Shown piece by piece: positions 26,737 to 37,500 of a stretch of 64,000 bases of DNA. Numbering within the stretch: the stretch's first letter is position 1; each line of letters begins with the position of its first letter. The translations under genes were made by a program, and so were the position numbers. Under the pieces are notes generated by a model that worked only from the letters and a program-made list of their open reading frames with translations, ran no database searches and was not told the DNA's origin. Source of the stretch: Candidatus Bathyarchaeota archaeon. GTDB taxonomy: Archaea; Thermoproteota; Bathyarchaeia; Bathyarchaeales; Bathycorpusculaceae. Location of the stretch: positions 1-64,000 of the forward strand of contig CAWABA010000001.1 of NCBI GenBank assembly GCA_963780185.1, written 5' to 3'.

Positions 26737-27672
26737 TCACTCCATCCTGCTTTTGCCCCGATTAGCCATTATCATTCTTGCTGCAATCAGTAACGCGCCG
26801 ATGATCACAAAGAGAATGAATCCTACGGCGTAAATGCTCGGTCCAGGGCTAGCGGTTTGATCCAATGAACTTTGGTAGCCATTTTCCATGATTATGGAGA
26901 GCGTTTTGGTTTGAATCAGAGGATTCAAAATCAAAAGTGAGGGGGATTGCATAAGCGTTTGATTTATCGCGCCATTCAGTACCCAGTTGAGCGCGACCAT
27001 TTCGCCCATAGCAGCCGCGAGCGCTAATAGAACTGAAGTGACGATTTTGGGCATTGCGCTGGGTATTAAGACTTCCTTGGTGGTCTGCCATCTAGTGGCC
27101 CCTAATCCCAAAGATGCTTCTCGCAACTCATTTGGCACTGCTCTTAACGCGTCCTCTGAAATTGTTGCAATTATAGGAAAAGACATTACCATCAGAATTA
27201 TCCACCCGAATAAAATGCAGCCCTGAAATTGCAACCCGCTTTGAACATGCAAAAAATGAGTGAACGTGTAACTATAAGAGGAAGGGGTGACTAAAAGTTG
27301 CCAGCCTATTAATCCAATAACTATTGAGGGAAAACCGTCTAGCACTTCCAGAGATGTTTTTGTAAAGTTTCTAACTCTCATATCGGCAAATTCCGCCATG
27401 TAAATTGCACATGGAAGCCCAATAATCAACGCTAATACGGTTGCACCCAAAGCGAGATAAACGGTTGATCCCATAGCTATGAGAATCTGGTTGCCGGGAC
27501 CAACAACTGTTCCATCAAATATTGAAATTCCATGGAAAAAGAAACCAGTTACAGCCGGGCCCCCCATGAACGTTAAGTAGCCAATTATGGACAAAACCAG
27601 AACTATCGAAAAAGCTGCGCAAAGGAACAGGGTTGACTTGACCAGCCTTTCTTTCAGTAGTTTGCTCATCAA
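26737..27672 (-). CDS. pstC: phosphate ABC transporter permease PstC
   Basis: AIYMAEFA, LDGFPSIVIG, SEDALRAVPNELREASLGLGATRWQT, AMGEM. Confidence 0.9.
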   Translation of the reverse strand: MMSKLLKERLVKSTLFLCAAFSIVLVLSIIGYLTFMGGPAVTGFFFHGISIFDGTVVGPGNQILIAMGSTVYLALGATVLALIIGLPCAIYMAEFADMRVRNFTKTSLEVLDGFPSIVIGLIGWQLLVTPSSYSYTFTHFLHVQSGLQFQGCILFGWIILMVMSFPIIATISEDALRAVPNELREASLGLGATRWQTTKEVLIPSAMPKIVTSVLLALAAAMGEMVALNWVLNGAINQTLMQSPSLLILNPLIQTKTLSIIMENGYQSSLDQTASPGPSIYAVGFILFVIIGALLIAARMIMANRGKSRME

Positions 27673-27907
27673 TAACCCCCGCTTTTCCTTCTTCGCAACC
27701 GTGAAAAAAGCTGGAAGCTGGCAAGATAACGCTTTTCTATTTAGAATTGATAGTCTACGTAGAAATACGCTTGTAACAAGTTACCCCTCTCCTAAGACTA
27801 TAGGCTAAATTGTTCACTGTAAACTACGTCGGCAAGCTAGATATCTGCTAAGCCCGAACTTATGCTCAGAACGCGAAATCGTTCACTAGAAAGGAGAGAA
27901 ATACAAA

Positions 27908-29596
27908 TTGAATAGAACACAAAAATCATTAGTATCTATGTTAGTTTTAGCAATTCTGGCATTTTCAACAGGCGCAGCATTAGTAAACGCAGCCGCAGTA
28001 ACACAATACAGTCAGCTTTCATGGGCACAAAATTCACTGGTTACTCCAGGTACATTGACGATCTATGGTTCAAGCACAGTCGGTCCGATTGCAACAGAAG
28101 AAATTAACCAAGGGGGTTTCGTAAACTACTGGAACACTTTGGTTTCAAACAACGTAGGTTGGGGCACCGCAAGTGCTCTTGACCTCAACGCAGTCAGCCT
28201 CGCTCAGGACGGCAGCGGAACTGCAATCCCAGCATTATCATATGCAACGGGCAGCGCTGACCTTGCCGAAATGTCAAAACCACCAAGCAGCGGCGAATGG
28301 CAAACCAAAGGCATGGACAACTTACAGCTTTATGCAGTCGGCGTTGACAGTGTCGCAATCGTGGTCGATCCAACGATGACTTGGTTCCCAACTAGCCTCA
28401 CCACAAACCAAGTGGCACAACTATTCGTAGACACAACTTCTGGCACTTCTAACGGAGCTTCTTCACCCGTAAACAGCCCACAAATCACATGGGCGGACGG
28501 TGTAACTAACGGAACACAAGTTAACCAAGGAACACAAGGCAGCACAGGTACAACAGCAAAATACGTCACATGGGGAGATTTCCTCACTGCTTACTACGCA
28601 CCAAATCCCATTCCAAGCACAGTTCCAACAAGTGTCTTGACACAGAACATTAACCGCGCTGTCAGAGATCCTACCTCTGGAACCTTTGACTGCTTCAACA
28701 ACTACTTCGCAGTACCAAACGGCTACCAATTTGCGTACAAAGCACCTCCAGCAGGATCAGCCGACTTAACAAGCACAGTAACAACGGTTCAGGGCTCACA
28801 AGAAATGGCTCCATTCACTTACTGTAAAGAAAACTCAGATATCTACAACACAGTTAAGGCAGGCAACGCAATAGGCGGCGACTACATCGGCTTCATATCA
28901 CTGGGCTACCTCCAAACCTACGGCAATCACGGCGCAAACATGATCGGCCTCAACATCGCATTCAACATGGCTACAGTAGCACAAGGACAAACATCGCCCC
29001 TCATCAAATACTATGGCACTTCTGGCACACAGGGTTTCGTCGGAAGCTCAGTTCTTGCCTCTTGGGGTTCACCTGTCACACCAACCGACGCTAACGTCAT
29101 CTGGGCATACACGGGAAACCAAGGTTCTGCCACCGGTAAATACGAGGCATGGAGATGGCTATGGGAACTTGCACCTGGCGCAATCCCGTCAACTGGTCCA
29201 CTGTTATCCGCAGGCGTTTGGATTTCATACATGATGGCAGATAAAACTACCACCACCGGCATGGTTGCAGTAACACCCGGCACTGGAACCAGCAACTTTG
29301 TTGCAGACCAAAACTACATCTCACTCGACCGTGACGACATGGCAGGTCCAGCGAATAACGTAATCGACTCTAACCTAAACTCATACACACCCAAGGCAAC
29401 TCAGACTCAGACAATCCCCGACGGCAAAGTCAACATGAACGACATCAGCTACTTCGTGACAGCTTACATTGCATACAACTCACAGCACATCTACAACCCA
29501 TACGCCGACATGGACGCAAACGGGCACATCAACATGAACGATGTCTCATCATTCGTTTCAACCTACATAGCATACTACGGAACCTACATCAAATAA
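27908..29596 (+). CDS. pstS: phosphate-binding protein PstS-like with C-terminal dockerin
   Basis: Signal peptide; IYGSSTVGP, GSGTAI, DLAEMS, VGVDSVAIVV, R..TSGTFDCF, IGFISLGY; C-terminal duplicated Ca-binding repeats DGKVNMNDISYF / DMDANGHINMNDVSSF; divergent from pstC. Confidence 0.85.
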   Translation: MNRTQKSLVSMLVLAILAFSTGAALVNAAAVTQYSQLSWAQNSLVTPGTLTIYGSSTVGPIATEEINQGGFVNYWNTLVSNNVGWGTASALDLNAVSLAQDGSGTAIPALSYATGSADLAEMSKPPSSGEWQTKGMDNLQLYAVGVDSVAIVVDPTMTWFPTSLTTNQVAQLFVDTTSGTSNGASSPVNSPQITWADGVTNGTQVNQGTQGSTGTTAKYVTWGDFLTAYYAPNPIPSTVPTSVLTQNINRAVRDPTSGTFDCFNNYFAVPNGYQFAYKAPPAGSADLTSTVTTVQGSQEMAPFTYCKENSDIYNTVKAGNAIGGDYIGFISLGYLQTYGNHGANMIGLNIAFNMATVAQGQTSPLIKYYGTSGTQGFVGSSVLASWGSPVTPTDANVIWAYTGNQGSATGKYEAWRWLWELAPGAIPSTGPLLSAGVWISYMMADKTTTTGMVAVTPGTGTSNFVADQNYISLDRDDMAGPANNVIDSNLNSYTPKATQTQTIPDGKVNMNDISYFVTAYIAYNSQHIYNPYADMDANGHINMNDVSSFVSTYIAYYGTYIK

Positions 29597-29630
29597 AATC
29601 ACGAAACCGCGATGAAAGGAGAACTAAAAC

Positions 29631-31973
29631 ATGAACATCAAAAAGCTTAAACCAAAACAAATAGTGGCCCTGGCACTGGCCCTTTTTATGGTCGTGCCAA
29701 CGCTACTTGTAGCGATGCCTATCGTCAAAGCTACCAACCCAATACCCTACCTGAGTATTGTTCCGCATGGACAGACCACAGGTAGTCAAGGCACAACCAA
29801 CTTTGCTGCTCTAACTACAGGTCAAACCTTTTCCGTTGACGTGCGAGTGGACAATTACTTTGGCACTAACATAGGCGGTGCAAACGACGGAGTCAGCTAC
29901 GTAAGCTACACGGTCCATTGGGATCCCACTGTCCTGAAAGAAACAACCAAATCTGACATCTCTTGGCTTCCTGACCAATCAAACATGGGTGACGTCGCTG
30001 TGGATAACACGAACGGCTACCAGACAATCGGTCAACTATGCTTCGGCTCAGACTCACAAGAAGCCGCTGACAGCTCAACTGGATCAGTATCAGCTACTCT
30101 AACCTTCCAAGTGCTTTCAACTGGCTCAACTGGCCTTACGCTTCAGCCAAGTGATGTTGGCGTTGCGTACCTTAGGGCACCAGAAACAGTCGACAACGCA
30201 AACCACGATGTCATCGGAACACTCACATACAACGCGCTATACAACCCAGTAACAGCCATCAGCCTGTACCAATCAGGAACAAGCACCAACATAATCCAGC
30301 TCTCAGGAAACCCAATCGGGCAAAGCTTCACCGTTGACGTATACATCAACAACCCGCTTGCAGTAAACATTTGGTCATGGAACTTAGGCGTTACATGGAA
30401 CGCAGCCGCACTACAATTGACACAAATATCGGAAGGATCTTTCATGATTGGCGGAACCTCCACAATGTTCGTACCAGGCTACGTAGACAACAATGCAGGC
30501 AACACCCCACAGGGAATCAGCGACGTTTACCTCGACGACGTAACAACAAACGCACCCGCAGGCGTCTTAGCAACTTTAACCTTCCAAGTGATAAACTACG
30601 CAAACAGCAACATAAATCTGGTTGCAGGAATCCCAACCCTTCAAACAATCACAGGAAACACCCCCAGCGCAATCACACCAGCACCAGTCCTCAGCAACGC
30701 ACAATACATCACAAGTCCACCCCCAGCACCAACAAGCCCAGTTGCAAAAATCGCAAATCCAGACACAAGCCCAATAACCGTCTACACAAACGGCTATACA
30801 ATCCCCAACAGCTTCAACCCGAATGCACCCATTGACCTTAGCGCCTCACAGTCATTGCCCGGAAACGACGTTGTTCCAAACCCCAGCACACCTACATTCG
30901 CAATCTCAACCTATCAATGGACTGTCACCCAAGGAAGCAGCCTCTTAACCCTAACGAACCCATCTGCCGAAGCAATAAGCTTCAACGCACCAACAGTTTC
31001 CTCGCTGACCACTTTCACCTTGCAACTCGTAGTCTCAACCGCAGCAAACGCAGGTGACCAACTCTACAACCCAGTTAGCACCCCAGTCACATTATCATTC
31101 ACAGTCGCACCACCATACACAAACCCCAACAGCAACGGAGCACAAGTAGACCTCTACGTCGTAAACCCAACAACCGGAACAACAACAAACCCCATAGAGC
31201 TTCCAAACGGAGCAGGCGCCAACGCAGCATGCGACGCTTTCGGTCCACAAGAACAGATGAACCTTGCCGCATTCGTAACATTCAACGGTGCGTCAGTAGC
31301 TAACAAAGAAGTAGCCTTCCAGATTTCAGACAACCATGGCAACGTAATCGCAACCGTAACCGCATTAACCGGCGAAAACGGAATTGCAACAACAAGTTAC
31401 CGACTCCCATGGTTTGACGGCAGCTACACAAGCGGACCCCAAAGCGAATTCGGAACCTGGAACGTATATGCATCAGTTGAAGTTCAGCAAACAATCGTAA
31501 GCGACACAATGCCATTCGACTTCGGCGACATAATCAGCATCACCGGCGTAACAGTTGCCTCAAGCATCCTACCCAGAAGCACAACCACCACAACAACCGA
31601 CAACTCATTAACCGTTGGTCTTTCAGGAATCTCCAACCAGCTACAAGCCTACTACATAACCTACACAGTGTATGACGCAGGAAACGTACCAATCGCAACA
31701 GGCCTGATCCAAGGCACAATGGCAGCAGCAACATACACAGGCACAGGATCAGCAGCAACAGCAGGAACATTCACCGTCACATCAAGCACAGCAAGCAAAA
31801 GTGCCTCATTCGCGATTCCATCATATGCATTCGTCGGCGGCGCAACAGTCAAAGTTGACGTATTCAACGCAGACCCACTCAACGCACAAAACAAAGCTAA
31901 CCCAGCAAACAACGCAATCGCATACTGCCCAGAAGTACCAGCAACCTTCACAATAGCGATACCCTTCAGTTAA
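29631..31973 (+). CDS. secreted scaffoldin-like protein: two cohesin-like domains, PKD-like domain, two Ig-like domains, no TM anchor
   Basis: GQTFSVDVRVDN..VHWDPTVL..ATLTFQVLSTGST and GQSFTVDVYIN..WNAAALQLTQISEGSF..GVLATLTFQV (cohesin pattern); LSASQS..YQWT (PKD-like). Confidence 0.72.
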   Translation: MNIKKLKPKQIVALALALFMVVPTLLVAMPIVKATNPIPYLSIVPHGQTTGSQGTTNFAALTTGQTFSVDVRVDNYFGTNIGGANDGVSYVSYTVHWDPTVLKETTKSDISWLPDQSNMGDVAVDNTNGYQTIGQLCFGSDSQEAADSSTGSVSATLTFQVLSTGSTGLTLQPSDVGVAYLRAPETVDNANHDVIGTLTYNALYNPVTAISLYQSGTSTNIIQLSGNPIGQSFTVDVYINNPLAVNIWSWNLGVTWNAAALQLTQISEGSFMIGGTSTMFVPGYVDNNAGNTPQGISDVYLDDVTTNAPAGVLATLTFQVINYANSNINLVAGIPTLQTITGNTPSAITPAPVLSNAQYITSPPPAPTSPVAKIANPDTSPITVYTNGYTIPNSFNPNAPIDLSASQSLPGNDVVPNPSTPTFAISTYQWTVTQGSSLLTLTNPSAEAISFNAPTVSSLTTFTLQLVVSTAANAGDQLYNPVSTPVTLSFTVAPPYTNPNSNGAQVDLYVVNPTTGTTTNPIELPNGAGANAACDAFGPQEQMNLAAFVTFNGASVANKEVAFQISDNHGNVIATVTALTGENGIATTSYRLPWFDGSYTSGPQSEFGTWNVYASVEVQQTIVSDTMPFDFGDIISITGVTVASSILPRSTTTTTTDNSLTVGLSGISNQLQAYYITYTVYDAGNVPIATGLIQGTMAAATYTGTGSAATAGTFTVTSSTASKSASFAIPSYAFVGGATVKVDVFNADPLNAQNKANPANNAIAYCPEVPATFTIAIPFS

Positions 31974-31975
31974 GA

Positions 31976-32017
31976 ATGGTTTGAAAAAACCATCTATCTT
32001 TTCTTTTTTGTTTTCTC
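31976..32017 (+). terminator. GAAA-tetraloop hairpin plus T-tract after the pstS-scaffoldin pair
   Basis: ATGGTTT-GAAA-AAACCAT (31976-31993) followed by CTTTTCTTTTTTGTTTT. Confidence 0.6.
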
Positions 32018-32117
32018 TAAATTTTGTTCAATTCAATTCTGTAACTCAATTTCTGTTAAGAAAAACGCGACTGGTTTCCTCATACTGACAGATTCTTTGG
32101 AGATTCTCCGGATTTCG

Positions 32118-32169
32118 TCTATATAGAGCATGCTGTTCTCAATATTTTATTTTGGATAGGGCTAAATAA
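32118..32169 (+). promoter_or_regulatory. duplicated promoter cassette, copy 1
   Basis: TCTATATAGAG..TGCTGTTCTCAATATTTTATTTTGGATAGG(G)CTAAATAA is near-identical to 34609-34659. Confidence 0.75.
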
Positions 32170-32214
32170 ATTCAGTTAGGAGTTAACTTAGCAAAGAAGG
32201 GAGAGACGTGTTAT

Positions 32215-33252
32215 ATGAAAAAACTCGCAGTGGCATTTTTTCTCGTAGTCATCGTTTTGGCAAGCATGATGGTGCAGGTTAAAGCATCTTCAATAGTAAC
32301 TCTTAAAGTCAATCCTGACCAAAACAATGCCACCCAATTCCCATACAACGTTTATTCGTTGTTGACCTTAAATGAGACCCTATCGTACAACAACATTCAA
32401 TCCGTAACTTACCCAAGTGACGGACTCGTCGGAGTCCAAATTCAAGATCCAACAGGCGCCACGACAGTAATAAGAACCCTTTCAACCGGCATTACAGTTC
32501 CATACAGCATACCCGCAACGGTCAGTCAAGCATACCTAAGCAACGGTCAAGAACAACAAATCAACAGCATAGGAATGCCCGGTGCGCTGAATCCTGTTAT
32601 CCCAATGCTCTACTTCAGCGTCACCAACAACTTGAACACAATCCAATCGATCTTAGTCACCTTCAACGTATACGACAGCGCCGGAGTACCAATCGCCGAA
32701 GCGTCTCAACCAATGAGTAACGTCGCAGCAACTTCCTCCTCAGAGGCGATTTTAGATTTCCAGATTCCATCATGGGCTCATTACGGAACAGCTTACGCTT
32801 ACGTGGACGTTTTCAATACGTGGCCCAGCCAAGGCGGTGTCCCGCTTGGAGAGGAAAAAGCCTTCCAGTTCACCATAACTGGCAGCACGCCATTCCAAGG
32901 AACTCCTCCTACGACTTTCAGTTTGAATGGTCCTCCCTGCGAGAACTTCAACATGACATTCAGGCTGCCTAAAAGTTCTGTTCCAGGCAGCTACACCGCT
33001 TATTCTTCTACAAATTACCTTGGGGTCGCTGGATCTCAAGTCACGCCTTTTTCAGTGGCGCTGCTTGATGACCTAAACGGTGATGGACACGTTAACTTTA
33101 ACGATGTTTCAACCTTTGTCTCGATGTACATAGCTTACTATTCCTCGTCTCACACGTACTCTGCGGCGATAGACTATGACCATAATGGTCGAATAAACTT
33201 CAACGACGTGAACCTCTTTGTCCATTACTACATACAGTACTGGAGCTCGTAG
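32215..33252 (+). CDS. secreted Ig-like protein with C-terminal dockerin
   Basis: Signal peptide (..QVKA); FQIPSWAHYG.AY.YVDVF; dockerin DDLNGDGHVNFNDVSTF / DYDHNGRINFNDVNLF. Confidence 0.8.
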   Translation: MKKLAVAFFLVVIVLASMMVQVKASSIVTLKVNPDQNNATQFPYNVYSLLTLNETLSYNNIQSVTYPSDGLVGVQIQDPTGATTVIRTLSTGITVPYSIPATVSQAYLSNGQEQQINSIGMPGALNPVIPMLYFSVTNNLNTIQSILVTFNVYDSAGVPIAEASQPMSNVAATSSSEAILDFQIPSWAHYGTAYAYVDVFNTWPSQGGVPLGEEKAFQFTITGSTPFQGTPPTTFSLNGPPCENFNMTFRLPKSSVPGSYTAYSSTNYLGVAGSQVTPFSVALLDDLNGDGHVNFNDVSTFVSMYIAYYSSSHTYSAAIDYDHNGRINFNDVNLFVHYYIQYWSS

Positions 33253-33256
33253 ATTC

Positions 33257-34546
33257 ATGACCAAAAAAATCATCTGCCAACTGACAATCATCCTCATCCT
33301 GTCCTTCTCCATTATCTCATTGATTCCCAACGCCAAAGCTCAAACGCAACCAACACTTTCTCTTACCCCCTCAACAGTTCCCATCACACAACTCAGCCAA
33401 ACTTTCACTTTAGATGTCTCAATTTCTAACGTCCAAAACCTTTGGCAATGGGACGCCGCAATCGCTTGGGACCCCACGGTCCTAACTCTTCTTAACACCC
33501 CGCAAGAAGGAGCTTTCATGACGCAGGCGGGCACCACGATGTTTATTGCTATCCCTCCAGGAAATGGAACAGTCTCAGATATTGACGATACACTAATGAC
33601 TTCAACTGGAGCAAGCGGAAACGGGATCTTGGCGATACTCCACTTCCAAGTAATAGGGCAAAGTGCAACGACATCCGTTCTGCTTGACAACATCACCCTT
33701 GAAGGTCCCCTTCCAGCTGGATCAACCACGGGAACAGCGCATCCAGTGATAACGCCAACATCCACTTCTTCAACTGCGACAATCACCTTTGTATCAGGCG
33801 GCGCCCCCGCAGCTAACGCCGGCACGGACCAAACAGTACAGCAGGGAACAACAGTTACGTTCGATGGCTCAGGGTCGGTCTCGTCAGGGTCCTCTCCGGC
33901 GTATTCTTGGTCATTCATGGATGGCGGCGTCAAAAAAACTCTCACAGGCGTAGCTCCAACCTACACGTTTAGCACTCCAGGCGTATACGTCGTCACCCTA
34001 GCCCTCATGGACTCAAACGGCAACAGCACCTCCACGGTAACGATAAAAGTGCAAAGCAACAGCAAACCAGTCGCAGTAATCGCCATAGACGGCTTCAGCC
34101 AAGGGCAATCTGCCACCGTCGGGCAACCAATTACTTTCAACGGCACAAAAAGCAACGAAGCCAACAACGGAACGATAGCAAGATACCTGTGGGACACTGG
34201 AGATTGTTCATCAGGTACAAACGCAACTTTAACCCACACTTACTTGGTGCCGGGAACCTTCAATGTGACATTAACAGTTTTTGACGCAACCGACCTCAAC
34301 GGCACCGCGTGCATCCAACTCATCGTCGCGAAAAACCCAAACCAAACCCCAACTCCCACACCTAGCACTACAACGCAAACACAAACCTCCAGCCCCGACC
34401 CAACCTCAACATCAACTCCCACTGCAACGCCTCCATCAAACTACAATCCTCAAACAAGCTTACCGACAGCTGTTTTGGCAATCGTGGTAATAACTACAAT
34501 TGCAGTATTCGGCGGCTCAACGGTTTGGCTACGAAAAAGAACTTAG
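33257..34546 (+). CDS. membrane-anchored cohesin + two PKD domains, PT linker, C-terminal TM
   Basis: QTFTLDVSISNVQNLWQW...WDPTVL...EGAFM...GILAILHFQV; ANAGTDQTV..VTFDGSGS..YSWSF and GQPITFNG..YLWDTGD (PKD); AVLAIVVITTIAVFGGSTVWLRKR. Confidence 0.78.
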   Translation: MTKKIICQLTIILILSFSIISLIPNAKAQTQPTLSLTPSTVPITQLSQTFTLDVSISNVQNLWQWDAAIAWDPTVLTLLNTPQEGAFMTQAGTTMFIAIPPGNGTVSDIDDTLMTSTGASGNGILAILHFQVIGQSATTSVLLDNITLEGPLPAGSTTGTAHPVITPTSTSSTATITFVSGGAPAANAGTDQTVQQGTTVTFDGSGSVSSGSSPAYSWSFMDGGVKKTLTGVAPTYTFSTPGVYVVTLALMDSNGNSTSTVTIKVQSNSKPVAVIAIDGFSQGQSATVGQPITFNGTKSNEANNGTIARYLWDTGDCSSGTNATLTHTYLVPGTFNVTLTVFDATDLNGTACIQLIVAKNPNQTPTPTPSTTTQTQTSSPDPTSTSTPTATPPSNYNPQTSLPTAVLAIVVITTIAVFGGSTVWLRKRT

Positions 34547-34608
34547 CGGAAAACGCCAGAAGGGACAACTTCAACTTCTTTTAACAAAATTCTTTTTCGC
34601 TTGATTTT

Positions 34609-34659
34609 TCTATATAGAGTCTGCTGTTCTCAATATTTTATTTTGGATAGGCTAAATAA
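34609..34659 (+). promoter_or_regulatory. duplicated promoter cassette, copy 2
   Basis: Near-identical to 32118-32169. Confidence 0.75.
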
Positions 34660-34701
34660 CGTTAGTTTGAAGATAAAACACGGAAAAGGGAGAGAAATTG
34701 T

Positions 34702-35493
34702 ATGAAGAAATTCGTGTCAGTATTTTTCATCGTCGCATTCGCTTTAACTATCTGTATTGTGGTTGAGCCTTCACATGCAGCCACGACAACGACAATAACC
34801 GTTGACTCAAGCACCCAACAGTTTCCATCAGCCAAAGTTGGAGACACCATCCAAGTCAATATTTTGATAAACAACGTACAAGGTCTCTGGGCTTGGGACT
34901 TACCTGACATAATGTTTAATCCTGCGGTCTTGAACATAACCGGGATTACTGAAGGACCATTCCTGAAAGCTGCAGGTCAAACCATGTTCTTATGGACCTC
35001 AAGCTCCGCCCTTGCCTTCAGCCAAGGCGACATACCAGACACTGCAGACACACTGATGGAGTACACCACCGCAAGCGGAAGCGGAGTCCTCGCAACACTA
35101 TCCTTCAAGGTTCTGTCCCTAGGCACATCGCAGATTACTTTCAGCCAAACAACCCTATTAAGTTCAACAAACCTTGGATCAATCTCTAGCCCTAACTATC
35201 AGCAGATTAACTGCACAGCCACCGATGCTACAATAAGCGTAGGAGTTACTTCTATCCCCACAGCAAGCCCCACGCCAAGCCCAAGTTCCAGTCCAACTTC
35301 CAGCCCAGCAGCTGCCTCATCGCCTACGGCTTCGACAACTCACGACGCTCCATCTTCAAGTGATCCATCGGCAACCCCAATCTCGCAAAAAGTCCCAGAA
35401 TTCCCAGTTATGTCAATCCTGATTGGCGTTTTGGCGGTTGCAACTATCTCAGCGGTGCTGGCAGGTAAAAAAGCTAAGTTTAATACGAAATAG
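34702..35493 (+). CDS. cohesin protein with S/T/P linker and PEF-CTERM-like sorting signal
   Basis: VGDTIQVNILINNVQGLWAW...FNPAVL.ITGITEGPFL...GSGVLATLSFKVLSLGTSQI; ends VPEFP + hydrophobic helix + KKAK. Confidence 0.8.
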   Translation: MKKFVSVFFIVAFALTICIVVEPSHAATTTTITVDSSTQQFPSAKVGDTIQVNILINNVQGLWAWDLPDIMFNPAVLNITGITEGPFLKAAGQTMFLWTSSSALAFSQGDIPDTADTLMEYTTASGSGVLATLSFKVLSLGTSQITFSQTTLLSSTNLGSISSPNYQQINCTATDATISVGVTSIPTASPTPSPSSSPTSSPAAASSPTASTTHDAPSSSDPSATPISQKVPEFPVMSILIGVLAVATISAVLAGKKAKFNTK

Positions 35494-35813
35494 CTTTTTG
35501 CCAATTTATTTAGTTTTTTCCAAACTCCGATTTGGAACTTGCCCTTTTCACCTAAGACTTCAAATTTTCAAAAATCACGAAAATAAATATTCCAATGATC
35601 CCGTTTTCCTTCAAGAGAGCACGAAACTTCCGTTTTATATATTCTAAAAAGAATCTATATTGATTCCATAATCTATTTGGCTAAAGTAAAATAGTTAACG
35701 ACCCGTTACTCCCCTCAAAAGGGAGCGCTTCGATTGTTTCGCGAAAGACGTGTTGTGAGCTTTACCGCTCAGTTTGCAGTAACACGTTCACCTGTCTTCA
35801 ATGGGGGGTATAG

Positions 35814-37464
35814 TTGAAGCGCAAAAACTTAGTTGGTTTGGCGCTGGTTTGTATCGTGGTTGCTTCAGTTTTTGCCTTAACTACGCGTTTCATTGATGCC
35901 CAAACTGCTCCAGTTCTAAGCATCGTGCCCACGGGCGCGAGCGGCGCATCGGGCACCACAATTATTTCGTCTCAAGCAGTCGGCACCACTTTTTCTGTTG
36001 ACGTTCGTTTAGACAACTACGCAAGCGTTAATGTTGGAGGCGCCAACAATGGTGTGAGTGAGATAAGCTATCTGGTACATTGGGATCCTGCAGTTCTGAC
36101 GGAAACAAATTTAGTTCATAATTCTTGGCTTCCTGACCAATCAAAGATGGGTACTTTACCTGTCGACAATACAAATGGCTATCAGACTGTTGGCCAGATT
36201 TGCTTCGGCTCGGATTCTCAAGAGACTGCTGACAGCTCAACGGGGTCAGTGTCTACTACCCTAACGTTCAAGGTGCTCTCTGCTGGTACAACCGCTCTTA
36301 CTCTTGCGCCAAGCGACGTCGGCGTCCCATACCTTTCTGCTCCATCGACAGTCGATAATAAAAACCACGACGTAACGGGAACAATCACATTTGACGCGCA
36401 GTACGGATTATCAACTTCACCTACGCCCATAACTTCTATCCCTCCCAGTCCCACGCCAACACCTGGGTCAGTTTACAGTCCGACCGCTGTCGTCTCAACT
36501 CAAAACGGAACAGTGTTCCAAACGGGTAGTCAAATAGTTCTGGACGGCAGTTCCTCAACGCCCGGATCGGACAACCAAATATGTCCAATAACGAATTATG
36601 CTTGGCTGGTTCAATATCCTGATGGTTCCCGATTCAACGCGGCCAGTGGCTCCATTGTATCGATCGTCGTGAACACTACAACGTCTCTTCGAGTAAACCT
36701 GATAGTAACAGCAAAAGATGTTAACACGTCCCCTAGCCCTCAATACGTGAACACCTCAGCAACAAGCATTTGGATAAATGTTGAACTGCCTCAACAAATG
36801 ACAAAACTTGACGTTTTCACCAATAAAGGCGGGACTGGACCAAATACGTCCAGCGGACCCTTTGGGCCTCAAGAACTGGTTCGATTATTCGCCTATGTTT
36901 CCTTCAACGGAGACTCCTCAACCCAACGAAAACGTTGTATTCACCGTGATTAATCCTAACGGGACAATTATCTCTGTACAGGCAACACTCACTAATTCAT
37001 CGGGTTATGCCTATTCGGACTACAGAACGCCGAACATTGGGACATCAAATTTTGGGACATGGACTGTTTTGGCTTCTGTAGATGTCAATCAAGTAGTAAT
37101 GACTGACTCAGTTACTTTTGAATACAATTACCTTGTCACCGTTAACGACATAACGTTGCCTGCAAGCGTCCACCGGCAATCCTCCGTGACCATCAATTTA
37201 GCTATTCAAAACACCGAAAACTACACGTCCTCAGCAACCATCACCATAACGGTTTACGATCAAAACGACGTACCGATTTACTCCTACCTGACTACCGTAA
37301 ACAACTTGGCTAACACAGGGTCAATTTCAACAACATTCACCATTCCCTCAACAGCTTTTGTCGGGCAAGCAACAGTTTACGCCAACGTTTTAACCACTAA
37401 TCCTTTGTCTGGCGGAGTTCCTTTCTGCCCTGAACGAACAGCAAATTTCCAAATAATATCCTAG
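35814..37464 (+). pseudogene. cohesin + PKD-like + two Ig-like domain protein, split by one frameshift near 36912
   Basis: ORFs 35814-36953 and 36808-37464 join into a paralog of 29631/37501 (FNG|TPQPNENVVF) if one base is removed; could be a sequencing error. Confidence 0.7.
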
Positions 37465-37500
37465 GCGAAAAAAAAAATGAAGTCTCGGGAGATGAACTGA

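Noticed and set aside
36900-36953. Programmed ribosomal frameshift in the cohesin gene
   Set aside because: No canonical slippery heptamer at the junction, paralogs are continuous, and other indels nearby point to error or decay.
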